From an uncultured bacterium (lineage in GTDB: Bacteria > Verrucomicrobiota > Verrucomicrobiia > Verrucomicrobiales > DEV007), in NCBI GenBank assembly GCA_963977015.1, contig CAXBMO010000022.1:36063-100062 (forward strand): a stretch of DNA of 64,000 bases, written 5' to 3'. Shown here piece after piece: positions 1-9,398 of this stretch; within the stretch, counting starts at the first letter, position 1; each line of letters starts with the position of its first letter. A model generated the notes under the pieces. It saw only the letters and a program-made list of their open reading frames with translations, made no database searches and was not told where the DNA came from. The translations under genes and the position numbers were made by a program.

Positions 1-708
1 CTCAAAACCGCTCTCAAGCTCCAGGCGAGGATGCAAGAGCGTTTCCCGACACGCGGAATCACGGAGGTCGTGGCTGATGTCTGCACGGTTTCTGAAGAGG
101 CTGCGGAAGTGGCGGCCCATTTGAGGCGACCGATGATTTGGTATCGCGTGATTGCGGCGATTGTGATTTTGGCGATTTTGGCCGGCTTGATCGGGCTGAT
201 GTTTGTTTTCCGACCAGACGAGGAGCTGAGTTTCGTCGATCTGGTTCAGACCTTTGAAGCTGGAGTGAACGACCTGATTTTCATCTCCCTGGCAATCTTT
301 TTCGTGGTTCGCCTGGAACGCCGAATGAAACGACAGAAGGCGCTGGATATGTTGCACAAGTTGCGGTCGCTGGCCCACATCATCGACATGCACCAATTGA
401 CGAAGGATCCGGACAGCATCGCCCGAGAAGATCAGCGAACTTCGTCTTCGCCAATTCGGGACATGACCGCGTACGAGGTGAAGCGCTATTTTGATTATTG
501 CAGCGAGATGCTGGCCATTTTGAGCAAACTGGCCGCGCTGCTGATTCAGGATTTTGACGATCCGGTTACGCTAAATGCGGTCAATGAGATCGAAAGTCTG
601 ACTTCAGGGCTTTCCCGAAAGATTTGGCAGAAGATCATTGTCGCGACACGCACAGAAATTCTGCCATCGGCTCCGGCGGAAGCACTCCCGAACGTCAAAG
701 CGTCTTAA
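1..708 (+). CDS. Hypothetical membrane protein, probably 5'-truncated by the window edge
   Basis: Frame is open from base 1; two hydrophobic segments; C-terminal AHIIDMHQLTKDP / YFDYCSEML region looks conserved. Confidence 0.7.
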   Translation, partial: LKTALKLQARMQERFPTRGITEVVADVCTVSEEAAEVAAHLRRPMIWYRVIAAIVILAILAGLIGLMFVFRPDEELSFVDLVQTFEAGVNDLIFISLAIFFVVRLERRMKRQKALDMLHKLRSLAHIIDMHQLTKDPDSIAREDQRTSSSPIRDMTAYEVKRYFDYCSEMLAILSKLAALLIQDFDDPVTLNAVNEIESLTSGLSRKIWQKIIVATRTEILPSAPAEALPNVKAS

Positions 709-1687
709 CACGTTCAAAAAAGGTCTCGAGATCACCATCGCACTCCGCGAGGAGGGCTTCGAATTTCGGCACCCCTTCATGATAAGCCGCCACGATGTTG
801 AGATGTGCGTTGTTGAGTTCATCGCGGAGCCAGAAGGTATCCTCTTCCTCACGACCTGCTGCTCGCAACAGGGACCGGACATGCATTTGTAAATTGCGAA
901 GCCGAGTTTCCTTTTCCCTCCGTTTCGCGGCATCATCCACATCGCTCGCATAGAGGGTTTCCAGGGCGTCACGATCCGAGAGGACGCGATCGACGAAGGC
1001 GTTCATTTTGATGAGACTGCGTTCGTATTTTTGCAGGGCGTCAGCATCGCCCTTGGCCCGATACCAACGCCTTACGCCCTCCTGCTCCACGGCCACGGCA
1101 AAGGATTCGCTGAATTCCGTATCGCCATGGCGGTAGTATTTTTTGTGCGCGAGTTCGTGAAAGAGGAGCGCCGCGAGATCCCGCTCTTTCCAGTCAATGA
1201 AGGTGTTGAGAACCGGGTCATTAAACCAACCGAGTGTGGAATAGGCCGGTACTTCGGCGATGGCCACATCATGCCCCTTTGCCCGCAACTTGTCGGCGAA
1301 AGCCTCGGCTGCTTCTTTGCGGAAATAGCCGCGATAGTCGAGACTGCCAAAAATGGGATAGGTCCAGGCGATGGGTTCGACGCTGAGTTCGGGAGCGGCA
1401 AAAACACTCCACAACACGCTCTCGCGCTCCAAGTCGGCGTAGCGGGTATAGTTCCCATCGTTGGGAAGGAGCAACGCGTCCTCCGCAAACACGAGCAGCT
1501 CCTGCACGAGAGCCAATTGCCCCCGCAATTCGTCCGAGGAAGAGCTCTGGTTCACGACCTTGGAAATGGGCTGTTGCTTTCGAACGACACCAAGCTGGCC
1601 GACAATCGCCTGGGAATAGTAGTTCACCTGACAGGAACACAACAGGGTGGCGGAGGCGATCGCGATCAAGAAGGAGGAGGTTCTCAT
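695..1687 (-). CDS. Putative zinc aminopeptidase, lipoprotein
   Basis: HELAH...ESFA zincin motif, AYSTLGWFNDP motif, lipobox-like LLCSC after ATG 1687. Confidence 0.85.
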   Translation of the reverse strand: MRTSSFLIAIASATLLCSCQVNYYSQAIVGQLGVVRKQQPISKVVNQSSSSDELRGQLALVQELLVFAEDALLLPNDGNYTRYADLERESVLWSVFAAPELSVEPIAWTYPIFGSLDYRGYFRKEAAEAFADKLRAKGHDVAIAEVPAYSTLGWFNDPVLNTFIDWKERDLAALLFHELAHKKYYRHGDTEFSESFAVAVEQEGVRRWYRAKGDADALQKYERSLIKMNAFVDRVLSDRDALETLYASDVDDAAKRREKETRLRNLQMHVRSLLRAAGREEEDTFWLRDELNNAHLNIVAAYHEGVPKFEALLAECDGDLETFFERVKTL

Positions 1688-1773
1688 GAACAGGGCAAAG
1701 CAATCCGAATCGGAGGAGGTTGTCGATTTCAATTTTTGGTTCTTCCACGAAATCTCGAAGGCGATGCTTCGAC

Positions 1774-2736
1774 TTACGGTACGGTATTGGATATTGAGGC
1801 AGACTCTGAAGACGGCGGGTGACGATTCAACCCCGCCTGAAAACGAACCGCGATGCCCAATCCAATCAAAACCGCCGTTCCACCGGCCATTTGCCACGGC
1901 ACCATTCCCTGTCCCAGAATCATCCATCCGAGCAAAGCCGTCGCAACCGGTTGAAGCAAAAGAGTGATGGCCGCCAACGTCGCGGGAAGCCCGGCGAGGC
2001 TATAGGCGATGAGCCCCTGGCCGCCCGCGTGGGAGATGACACCAACAGCAATCAGCGGCCACCATCCGGCCTGATGGGATGGCCAAAATGGATCGCCATG
2101 CCAGAGCGCAATCGGGAGCAGGATGGCCGCAGCCAACGAACTCGACCAGAACATCAATCTCGGTGCGGAGTGAACTCTTCGAAACGCCTTGGTGGAAAGC
2201 AGATAGGACGCGTAGAAGAACGCCGTCGCGATTCCCAGCGCGTCTCCCAAAACCGGATTGCCGCCGGGAACCACCTCACCTCGCGTGCTTGAACTGAAAA
2301 TGAGGAGCACCACCCCAAGCCCCGCGATTCCAGCTCCGACGATGAACATTGGAGCGATCTTCTCCTTCCAAATCCACCAGGCAAACAGCGTCACCAAGAC
2401 GATCGATACATTCGCCAGCAGCGTTGAATTTGCGACGCTGGTGTGCGCGAACGAAGCGTGCCAAACCGCAAAATCTGCGGCGAAAAGGACCCCGGGAAGC
2501 CAAATCCAAGTTCCGAGCCGGGTTCCAGCGGGAAACGCCTGGCCTCTCGGGAGCACGACGAACGCCAAAACTACGGCACCGATCGCCACCCGCCAAAATG
2601 CGGCATCCATCATTCCAACGCCCCCGATCCGACCGGCCAGCACCACAAAGATGGGAGCAAACGCGATGCACAGCGCGCCAATCACCAAACTGAGAAAATG
2701 CTTCCAGAAATACGCGGGAGAAGAGGGATTGACCAC
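1774..2736 (-). CDS. DMT/EamA family transporter
   Basis: About 10 TM helices in two EamA-like halves (TSVANSTLL, LLQPVATALLGW); GTG start is uncertain. Confidence 0.85.
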   Translation of the reverse strand: MVNPSSPAYFWKHFLSLVIGALCIAFAPIFVVLAGRIGGVGMMDAAFWRVAIGAVVLAFVVLPRGQAFPAGTRLGTWIWLPGVLFAADFAVWHASFAHTSVANSTLLANVSIVLVTLFAWWIWKEKIAPMFIVGAGIAGLGVVLLIFSSSTRGEVVPGGNPVLGDALGIATAFFYASYLLSTKAFRRVHSAPRLMFWSSSLAAAILLPIALWHGDPFWPSHQAGWWPLIAVGVISHAGGQGLIAYSLAGLPATLAAITLLLQPVATALLGWMILGQGMVPWQMAGGTAVLIGLGIAVRFQAGLNRHPPSSESASISNTVP

Positions 2737-2761
2737 GGCGCGGACTCTTGCACAGTCCTGC

Positions 2762-3307
2762 ATGCATCGCCAACCACTCCTCGATTTGATCCAGCGGTAT
2801 GACGCACGTTTTCCGGAAGAAACGGAAACCGTTACCCGGTTTCGGGAGTTTGTGGAAGAGAACCCGGAGTGCTTTGAGCGCGAGTTGGAGATTGGCCACA
2901 TCACCGGTGCGGCCTGGTTGATCGACGCCGCCGGTGAACAGGTCCTTCTCACCCATCATCGCAAGCTCGATATCTGGATTCAGTTGGGCGGCCACGCGGA
3001 TGGTGATCCCGACACACTAAACGTCGCCATGCGCGAGGCGGAAGAAGAGTCGGGACTCGATCAGATTATCCCGATTGATCGTGAAATTTTCGATCTCGAT
3101 ATCCATCCCATTCCAGCGCGGAAGAATGAGCCCGGCCATCTGCACTTCGACGTTCGCTTTGCCCTTCAACATCAGGGCGAGGGGAACTATGCCGTGAGCG
3201 ATGAATCCCACGATCTGGCGTGGGTCCCCATCCAGGAAATTGGGAAGTTTACCGAGGAAGCGTCGATTCAGCGAATGACGCGCAAATGGCTCTCGCGGGG
3301 AGCTTAG
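2762..3307 (+). CDS. NUDIX hydrolase
   Basis: GGHADGDPDTLNVAMREAEEESG Nudix box. Confidence 0.9.
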   Translation: MHRQPLLDLIQRYDARFPEETETVTRFREFVEENPECFERELEIGHITGAAWLIDAAGEQVLLTHHRKLDIWIQLGGHADGDPDTLNVAMREAEEESGLDQIIPIDREIFDLDIHPIPARKNEPGHLHFDVRFALQHQGEGNYAVSDESHDLAWVPIQEIGKFTEEASIQRMTRKWLSRGA

Positions 3308-3324
3308 CCCCGCGCCACCTCGCC

Positions 3325-3990
3325 TTATCGGTTCTTTCGGGGGCGGACCAGCTTGCCGAAACGGCGGCTCCACTTTTTGACCGAAGCCTTGGCGTGGCCC
3401 ATCCGCTGGATTCCCTGTGGCTGGAGCTTGCCGCCCTGTTTCTCGTCGACAATGGCGTAATAGCGCTCGCGGGTCACCGAATCGAGCAATTCGGCCTGCA
3501 TGGCAGCGGAACCGGCACCGACGGATTTTCCACTCGCGACTCCCACAACCGTGCTCGCCGTGCTGATGTAAGGCGCGTAGGTCGCTAGAAAGATGGCGGG
3601 TTTGCTGGCACGAGCATCCGTGATGGCGACACGAAGGGAGAGCGTGCTTTTTCCACGATGATCCACGATGTCGAGGGACTTGCCCAATTGGTTTTGAAGA
3701 TTGGAGCGGAAGGCCTGAGTCAGCTCTTTCGCCTCAGCGGAAGTCACGTCTGTCTTTTTGGTTCCATTGGTGCTTCCAAGGAATCGGACATCCTCAATGT
3801 AGAGTTTGTCGTATTTCTGCAGGTCTTCGACATCCCCCTTATAAACTTGGGCTCCACTGAGAGGCCCCTGCTTATCCATCTTGGAGTAGGAAGACAAAAA
3901 GTCAGTCCGGTTTGGAGTAACGGTTTTGCAGGAAACCATTCCGAACATGAGGAGGGGTAAAAGAAGAATAGAGAGGTGACTGCGACGCAT
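3325..3990 (-). CDS. DUF3313-like lipoprotein
   Basis: Lipobox MVSC, FLSSYSKM, LSLRVAITD and AAMQAELLDSVT motifs. Confidence 0.75.
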   Translation of the reverse strand: MRRSHLSILLLPLLMFGMVSCKTVTPNRTDFLSSYSKMDKQGPLSGAQVYKGDVEDLQKYDKLYIEDVRFLGSTNGTKKTDVTSAEAKELTQAFRSNLQNQLGKSLDIVDHRGKSTLSLRVAITDARASKPAIFLATYAPYISTASTVVGVASGKSVGAGSAAMQAELLDSVTRERYYAIVDEKQGGKLQPQGIQRMGHAKASVKKWSRRFGKLVRPRKNR

Positions 3991-4055
3991 GCCGGTAGAA
4001 TTACCATTTCACCAACGAAATCAACATGGAAATTATAGAAAGTTTTGTTTTGCTC

Positions 4056-4092
4056 ATTAACAGAGAGGTAAGACCACCTCGTTTCTGTTAAT
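4056..4092. other. Intergenic stem-loop (possible terminator or operator)
   Basis: ATTAACAGA/TCTGTTAAT outer arms and GAGGT/ACCTC inner arms. Confidence 0.5.
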
Positions 4093-4241
4093 TCTTTCCA
4101 GATCAGATTTTCATAATCGCGAAAATAATCTCCGAATGGCCTTCTCCCCAAAATGGAGTCTTTCTATCGCGATCGTCCCAACAGGATCTGATCGACCTCA
4201 ATTCCCATCTGCTGGAGCGCTGACAATCCAGACCGATTGGA

Positions 4242-4850
4242 TCACTTTGAAACCGTGAGGTCTTTCACTTCCAGTTCTCCAAACGCGAATCCCACACTGA
4301 AATTACGCTTCGGCTCCGCATAGGTAACGTGTTCGACCTGGATCGGATCTTCGTCTCCAAATTTCACCGTCGCCGTTTTCCCCTCGATTGTCACTTTCAC
4401 CTGAGTCCATTGGCCGTCGCTGAGTTTCCAGTCTGGGGCGACATGAGTTGCAATCGACTTCCTGTCTCCGTTTGGCGGAAAGGCACGGGAATTGCTCCCT
4501 TTCTCACTGGTCACAAGCCGAAAAACGTGCCCGCGTTCACCGTTCAAGGTAAAGACAACCGTCTTGCAACCGCGGGGCCGAAACGCATAGCGCAACGTCG
4601 CATCCGTTGTCGGAAAGTCGTAAAAGATAATGGGCCCGTGATCCTTGTATTTTTTGTAGAGCGCGTCGTCCTGCGTGCATTTTGCGATTCCGTCCGCGAT
4701 CTGCCAATCGCCGCGCTGGGCTCGCCGTTCAGCGACGTTGTCCAGGGCCGTGAACGAATCGGTGAAGAGCGGCTCAGCAGCGAGGTTGGCAGCGCTTGCC
4801 GCCACGGCAACAACCAGCGCGATTATCCGGCGGGGTTTGATTGGATTCAT
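4242..4850 (-). CDS. Secreted hypothetical protein, ConA/DUF1080-like beta-sandwich
   Basis: Signal peptide; GDWQIADG and GQWTQVKVTIEG patterns. Confidence 0.65.
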   Translation of the reverse strand: MNPIKPRRIIALVVAVAASAANLAAEPLFTDSFTALDNVAERRAQRGDWQIADGIAKCTQDDALYKKYKDHGPIIFYDFPTTDATLRYAFRPRGCKTVVFTLNGERGHVFRLVTSEKGSNSRAFPPNGDRKSIATHVAPDWKLSDGQWTQVKVTIEGKTATVKFGDEDPIQVEHVTYAEPKRNFSVGFAFGELEVKDLTVSK

Positions 4851-4906
4851 TTGGCAAGGGAGCATCGACCATCCGATTTGTCGATCCCCCACAGCGCCCC
4901 CTCATC

Positions 4907-6925
4907 CTAAAAAGGCTGATAGCCGACTTTCCATTCCTCGACAAACTCCGCAGGAAAATCCTGGAGAAACCGCGACGGCTTTTGGATCACATTTCCAGTA
5001 TGGGAATTTGGCCAGGTCAGCGGGTAGGTCAGATACAGTTCGTCCTTCGCGCGCGTCACCGCGACATAGAACAGTCGGCGCTCCTCTTCGAGACCATCGC
5101 CCCGATCATTTTCGCGATCCTCATCAAGAACTCGGGAATTCGGCAACATCCCATCGGCCAACCAGACAACAAAGCAGGCTCGCCATTCCAAACCTTTTGC
5201 CTGATGAACACTGGAAAGCGTGACTTTCTCCGAGTCAGGTTCAGCCGGAGCATTGTCGGTATCGACGCCGGTGAGCAGGCTTAGCTGAGCCAGGAACTCC
5301 TCGATATCCTCGAAGTCTTTGCTGTATTGCATCAGCTGCTCAATGTCCTGACGCCGCGATTCATAGTTGGGATACTTGCTCCGGAGATAGTCTTCGTAGA
5401 CCCCGCCAAGCACCGATTTGATCATTTCAGCCGGTTTGGCAGGCGCTCCGTCAGGAATCAGTTCGTCCAGGGTATAGGCCAGTTGCGCCCAATGTTCCTT
5501 TCCTTTGGCCGGGACTTTGAACTCCAACATGAACTCGGAGAAAGAATCGATTTCTTCCTCCTTCCCTCCGGTCTTTCCCCAATTCTTCCACAAATTATCG
5601 GCCGACTTGATGCCAATGCCCGGAAGCATCCGCACCATCCGCTTGAACGCGACTTCGTCCTTTCGATTGGCCGCAAACTTCATGTAACAGGCAACGTCCT
5701 TGATGTGCGCCTGCTCAAAAAAACGAAGCCCGCTCGTGATCTGAAAGGGAATCCCACGTTTCTGCAATTCCATCTGGACCTCCATCGAGTGGAAATGAGC
5801 CCGGTAGAGAATCGCGATCTCGTCGAGTTCGATTCCCTCATCGCGCAACTCCAAAACCCGTTGGGCCACGAATTGCGCCTGCTCACTGGGGCTGCTGAGC
5901 CGAACCAACGCCGGTCGCATTTTGCGCTCCGGCCTCGACGCTTGCAGTTCCTTCTCGAATTGCTCGGTATTGGCCCGGATTGCGTGATTGGCGACGCTGA
6001 GGATCTCCGGCACGCTGCGATAGTTCGTTTCGATCTTGAACGTCTTTGCTCCCGGGTAACGCTTGGAAAACTTGAGGATGTTGCGGAAATTCGCCCCGCG
6101 CCAGGAATAGATGGACTGCGCGTCATCGCCCACCACCATCAGATTTTTGTGACCACCGGCAAAGCAGTCGATCATCCGCGCCTGAATCGTGTTCGTGTCC
6201 TGATACTCATCCACCATCACGAATTGGAACTGTCTCCGGTAGAACTCGCGAAGATCTTCCTCCCTTTCCAGCAACTCCGTCGTCTTCACCAACAAATCAT
6301 CAAAATCGACATTGTTGGTTTCCTTCTTCTTCGCTTCGTAGGCTTTCTGGATTCGGGCGATCGCGTCTCCAAGTTCCGCAAAATACGGGTAACGACGCTC
6401 GAGGACGGCCTGCAGCTTCGTATCGGTATTCAGGGAAAGGCTGAACATGTCGCCCAGCACATCAGGTTTCGGAAAACGAACCGCTTTTGGATCAACGTCA
6501 CTCTCCGCGATCACCGTCGCCATCAGATCTTTCTGATCCTCACGATCCATGATCGAAAAATTGCGGGAAAACCCGGCTTTGTCCGCATGACGCCGCAGGA
6601 TGCGATTTCCAATCGAGTGAAACGTTCCGCCCCAAAGATCGCGGGTATCCAGCTTCAACAGATCTTCAACCCGTTCCAGCATCTCGCGAGCCGCCTTGTT
6701 CGTGAACGTGAGCAGCAGAATGTTTTTCGCGTCGATCCCATTGTCGAGCAGATACGCGACCCGATAAATCAGCGTCCGCGTCTTACCGCTGCCTGCGCCC
6801 GCAATGACCAACGCCGGCCCCGGCAAACTGGTAACCGCGGCGTATTGCTGCTCATTCAGTTCCGCAGCGTAATCGATCTGCGAACCGCCTGAATTTGGCG
6901 AGCCGGTTAAAGTGTAGTTTCGCAC
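4907..6925 (-). CDS. ATP-dependent DNA helicase, UvrD/PcrA/Rep family
   Basis: AGAGSGKT, TFTNKAA, VDEYQD, GDDAQSIYSWRGA, NYRS, HQAKGLEW, EERRLFYVAVTRA. Confidence 0.95.
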   Translation of the reverse strand: MRNYTLTGSPNSGGSQIDYAAELNEQQYAAVTSLPGPALVIAGAGSGKTRTLIYRVAYLLDNGIDAKNILLLTFTNKAAREMLERVEDLLKLDTRDLWGGTFHSIGNRILRRHADKAGFSRNFSIMDREDQKDLMATVIAESDVDPKAVRFPKPDVLGDMFSLSLNTDTKLQAVLERRYPYFAELGDAIARIQKAYEAKKKETNNVDFDDLLVKTTELLEREEDLREFYRRQFQFVMVDEYQDTNTIQARMIDCFAGGHKNLMVVGDDAQSIYSWRGANFRNILKFSKRYPGAKTFKIETNYRSVPEILSVANHAIRANTEQFEKELQASRPERKMRPALVRLSSPSEQAQFVAQRVLELRDEGIELDEIAILYRAHFHSMEVQMELQKRGIPFQITSGLRFFEQAHIKDVACYMKFAANRKDEVAFKRMVRMLPGIGIKSADNLWKNWGKTGGKEEEIDSFSEFMLEFKVPAKGKEHWAQLAYTLDELIPDGAPAKPAEMIKSVLGGVYEDYLRSKYPNYESRRQDIEQLMQYSKDFEDIEEFLAQLSLLTGVDTDNAPAEPDSEKVTLSSVHQAKGLEWRACFVVWLADGMLPNSRVLDEDRENDRGDGLEEERRLFYVAVTRAKDELYLTYPLTWPNSHTGNVIQKPSRFLQDFPAEFVEEWKVGYQPF

Positions 6926-6937
6926 GCGGTCAGGATA

Positions 6938-8686
6938 CTACTTTCCTTCAACTGAGCGAACGTGTTCGAGAAATTTGTTCGCTTCCTCTTTCACCACGGG
7001 TAGCAACATGTACATCCCGATCATGTTCGGGACGACCATGGCGAAGATCAACGCGTCGGAGAGGTTGATGACGTTGTTGAGTTGCGCGGAGGCGCCGACC
7101 ACCACCAACAGACAGAAAACGACTTTGTAGATCAACACGCAGACGTCGGGTGCTTTTTCGTTCCCCGTAAGTCGCGCCAGGTATCGCACGCCCTGCTCTC
7201 CGTAGTAGGACCAGGAAATCATGGTGGAAAACGCAAACAACAGAACGGCAATCGACAGCAATCTGGGGAACCATTCAATCGCGCTGGCAAAAGCCATGGA
7301 GGTCACCGGAATTCCGGACCGACTCTCGATCTGATCGGCTCTCACCCAACCCGACACTTCGGTCTCCTCGTAATCAGCCGAAATGAGACCAATCACTTCT
7401 TTCCATTCCTCAGTTTCACCGCTTTCCACCTCCCGGGTTCGCGAACCTTTGGTGTGGACAAATTGTCCCGCTTCCAGGGTTTGGACGACTTCCGGGTAAG
7501 CGGGGTCAGAAACCATGGGAGCCGAGTCCGCGCTGATTTCACCGCTGACCTGCCAGGTGCCAACGATCACGATCACGAGAGCTGTCATCGTGCAAACCAC
7601 GACAGTATCGGTGAAAGGCTCGAGCAGGGCGACGAACCCTTCACTCGCCGGTTTGTCCGTTTTGACTGCGGAGTGGGCAATCGGCGCCGAGCCCAATCCA
7701 GCTTCGTTCGAAAATGCGGCGCGTTTGATGCCTTGAATCAGAATCCCAACGAAGCCGCCCGCAATCGCCTGAGAACTGAACGCCCCGGCAAAAATGGTGG
7801 CAAATGCCCCGCCGACCTTGTCCAGGTTCATCGCGATAATGATGAACGCGGTAATCATGTATCCGATGCACATGATCGGAACGAGCAGGGACGTGACCCG
7901 GGCAATCCAGACGATGCCGCCGATGATGACCGAGCCAACCAGAACGGCGATCACCAGTCCAAAAATGACCGGAGACAACCCGGGTGCCCAGCTGCTCTCG
8001 AATTGGCTGAAAGCCTGGTTCGCTTGAAACATGTTTCCCGCCCCAAACGCCCCACCGATGACGAAAACCGCGAAAATGGCCGCCAAAACAGCGCCAAGGC
8101 CACCCAATCCACGTTCCTTCAACCCATCCCGGAGATAATACATGCCCCCTCCCCTCACCTTTCCGTTCGGATCAATCCGGCGATACTTCACGCCCAACGT
8201 GCATTCGGCAAACTTGGTCGTCATCCCGAAAAGCCCCATCAAAATCATCCAAAAGGTCGCTCCCGGTCCACCCAAGCCAATTGCGACGGCAACACCTGCG
8301 ATGTTCCCCAGGCCAACGGTCGCCGAAAGCGCCGCGCTCAACGCCTGAAAGTGGGTAATTTCGCCGGGCGCATCTTTGGGAGTGTATTTTCCCGTGGCGG
8401 TTTTGATGGCAATGCCAAAGCCACGGAAATTGATAAACCCGAAGTAGATCGTCAGGAAAATGGCGGTTCCCCCCAGAATGATCAAGACGATGGGGAGACT
8501 CTGTCCGGCAATTGGAATCGAAAAGAAGACTATTCCACCGACAAAATCGGCAATCGGCCCCAGCCCCTTGTCGATTCCCAAACTGATCGTTTCGAGGATC
8601 CCCGGCTCCTGGGCGAAACTCCGCGGAGACATGAGAATCGCGAAAAGGGCGATAAGGAAGATCGTTGGGTGGCGTAGCGATTTCAT
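6938..8686 (-). CDS. Alanine/glycine:cation symporter (AGCS) with an extracytoplasmic insertion
   Basis: ATVGLGNIAGVA, GGPGATFWM, FSNEAGLGSAPIAH, FSTMISWSYYG. Confidence 0.93.
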   Translation of the reverse strand: MKSLRHPTIFLIALFAILMSPRSFAQEPGILETISLGIDKGLGPIADFVGGIVFFSIPIAGQSLPIVLIILGGTAIFLTIYFGFINFRGFGIAIKTATGKYTPKDAPGEITHFQALSAALSATVGLGNIAGVAVAIGLGGPGATFWMILMGLFGMTTKFAECTLGVKYRRIDPNGKVRGGGMYYLRDGLKERGLGGLGAVLAAIFAVFVIGGAFGAGNMFQANQAFSQFESSWAPGLSPVIFGLVIAVLVGSVIIGGIVWIARVTSLLVPIMCIGYMITAFIIIAMNLDKVGGAFATIFAGAFSSQAIAGGFVGILIQGIKRAAFSNEAGLGSAPIAHSAVKTDKPASEGFVALLEPFTDTVVVCTMTALVIVIVGTWQVSGEISADSAPMVSDPAYPEVVQTLEAGQFVHTKGSRTREVESGETEEWKEVIGLISADYEETEVSGWVRADQIESRSGIPVTSMAFASAIEWFPRLLSIAVLLFAFSTMISWSYYGEQGVRYLARLTGNEKAPDVCVLIYKVVFCLLVVVGASAQLNNVINLSDALIFAMVVPNMIGMYMLLPVVKEEANKFLEHVRSVEGK

Positions 8687-8853
8687 ATGGACCAAGAAAG
8701 TTCGCGAATCCTAAGGACTCACTTCCACCCTGACAACCAGAAAAAAGGGCTCTTTCCGGGATGGCATTGCCCTTCCAACCTGTGCCTCAATCTGGGCGGC
8801 AATTCAGGTCAACGGTGCTTGATTAGCGCTCTGTCATCCCGGACTGTGTCCGA

Positions 8854-9297
8854 ATGGAATTGAGTCAATTCACAGACTACTCGCTGCGCGTCCTGATTTA
8901 CGTGGCGGTTGAGTCAGAGCAGCGATCGTCAATCAAGGAGATCGCTTCTGCGTATGACATTTCCCAGAATCATCTCGTCAAGGTCGTCCACCATTTGTCG
9001 AAGCAGGGTTTCCTCGATACATTCCGGGGACGCGGAGGAGGAATCGCCCTGGCTCGAGCCCCGGAGACCATCAGCGTCGGCGAGGTGGTGCGAAAGTCGG
9101 AGAAGCTGGACTTGGTGGAATGCTTTTCCGCCAAATCCCGGAACTGTTGTTGCCTTGCCGGCCATTGCGAGCTTCAAATCGCTCTGACAAGGGCTAAAAA
9201 TGCGTTTCTCGCCGAACTCGACAAGGTTTCGCTCTCCGATCTGACGACGAAAAGAGAGCAGCTCGGCAAGCTTCTGAGAATCGGAGCCACGCCCTGA
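8854..9297 (+). CDS. nsrR: Rrf2 family regulator, NsrR-like
   Basis: FTDYSLRVLIY, SQNHLVKVVHHL, RGRGGG; C-terminal Cys ligands VECF...CCC...C; NsrR-type box directly downstream. Confidence 0.8.
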   Translation: MELSQFTDYSLRVLIYVAVESEQRSSIKEIASAYDISQNHLVKVVHHLSKQGFLDTFRGRGGGIALARAPETISVGEVVRKSEKLDLVECFSAKSRNCCCLAGHCELQIALTRAKNAFLAELDKVSLSDLTTKREQLGKLLRIGATP

Positions 9298-9334
9298 TCC
9301 AAGGGGTCACCCAGGGAAGAAATGGTCAGAGGGG

Positions 9335-9366
9335 TTGACAAAAGATGTACTAAAGATACAGCTTTT
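9335..9366 (+). promoter_or_regulatory. -35 TTGACA followed by an NsrR-type operator
   Basis: TTGACA at 9335-9340; AAGATGTACTAAAGATACAGCTT (9342-9364) is an inverted repeat resembling the NsrR consensus AAGATGYATTTnAAATRCATCTT. Confidence 0.75.
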
Positions 9367-9398
9367 GGTCACCTTATTCAAACTAACATAGCAATCCA

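Noticed and set aside
8696-8853. Glycine riboswitch upstream of the AGCS symporter
   Set aside because: No GGAGA/GAAG/CUCUCAGG aptamer hallmarks on the minus strand
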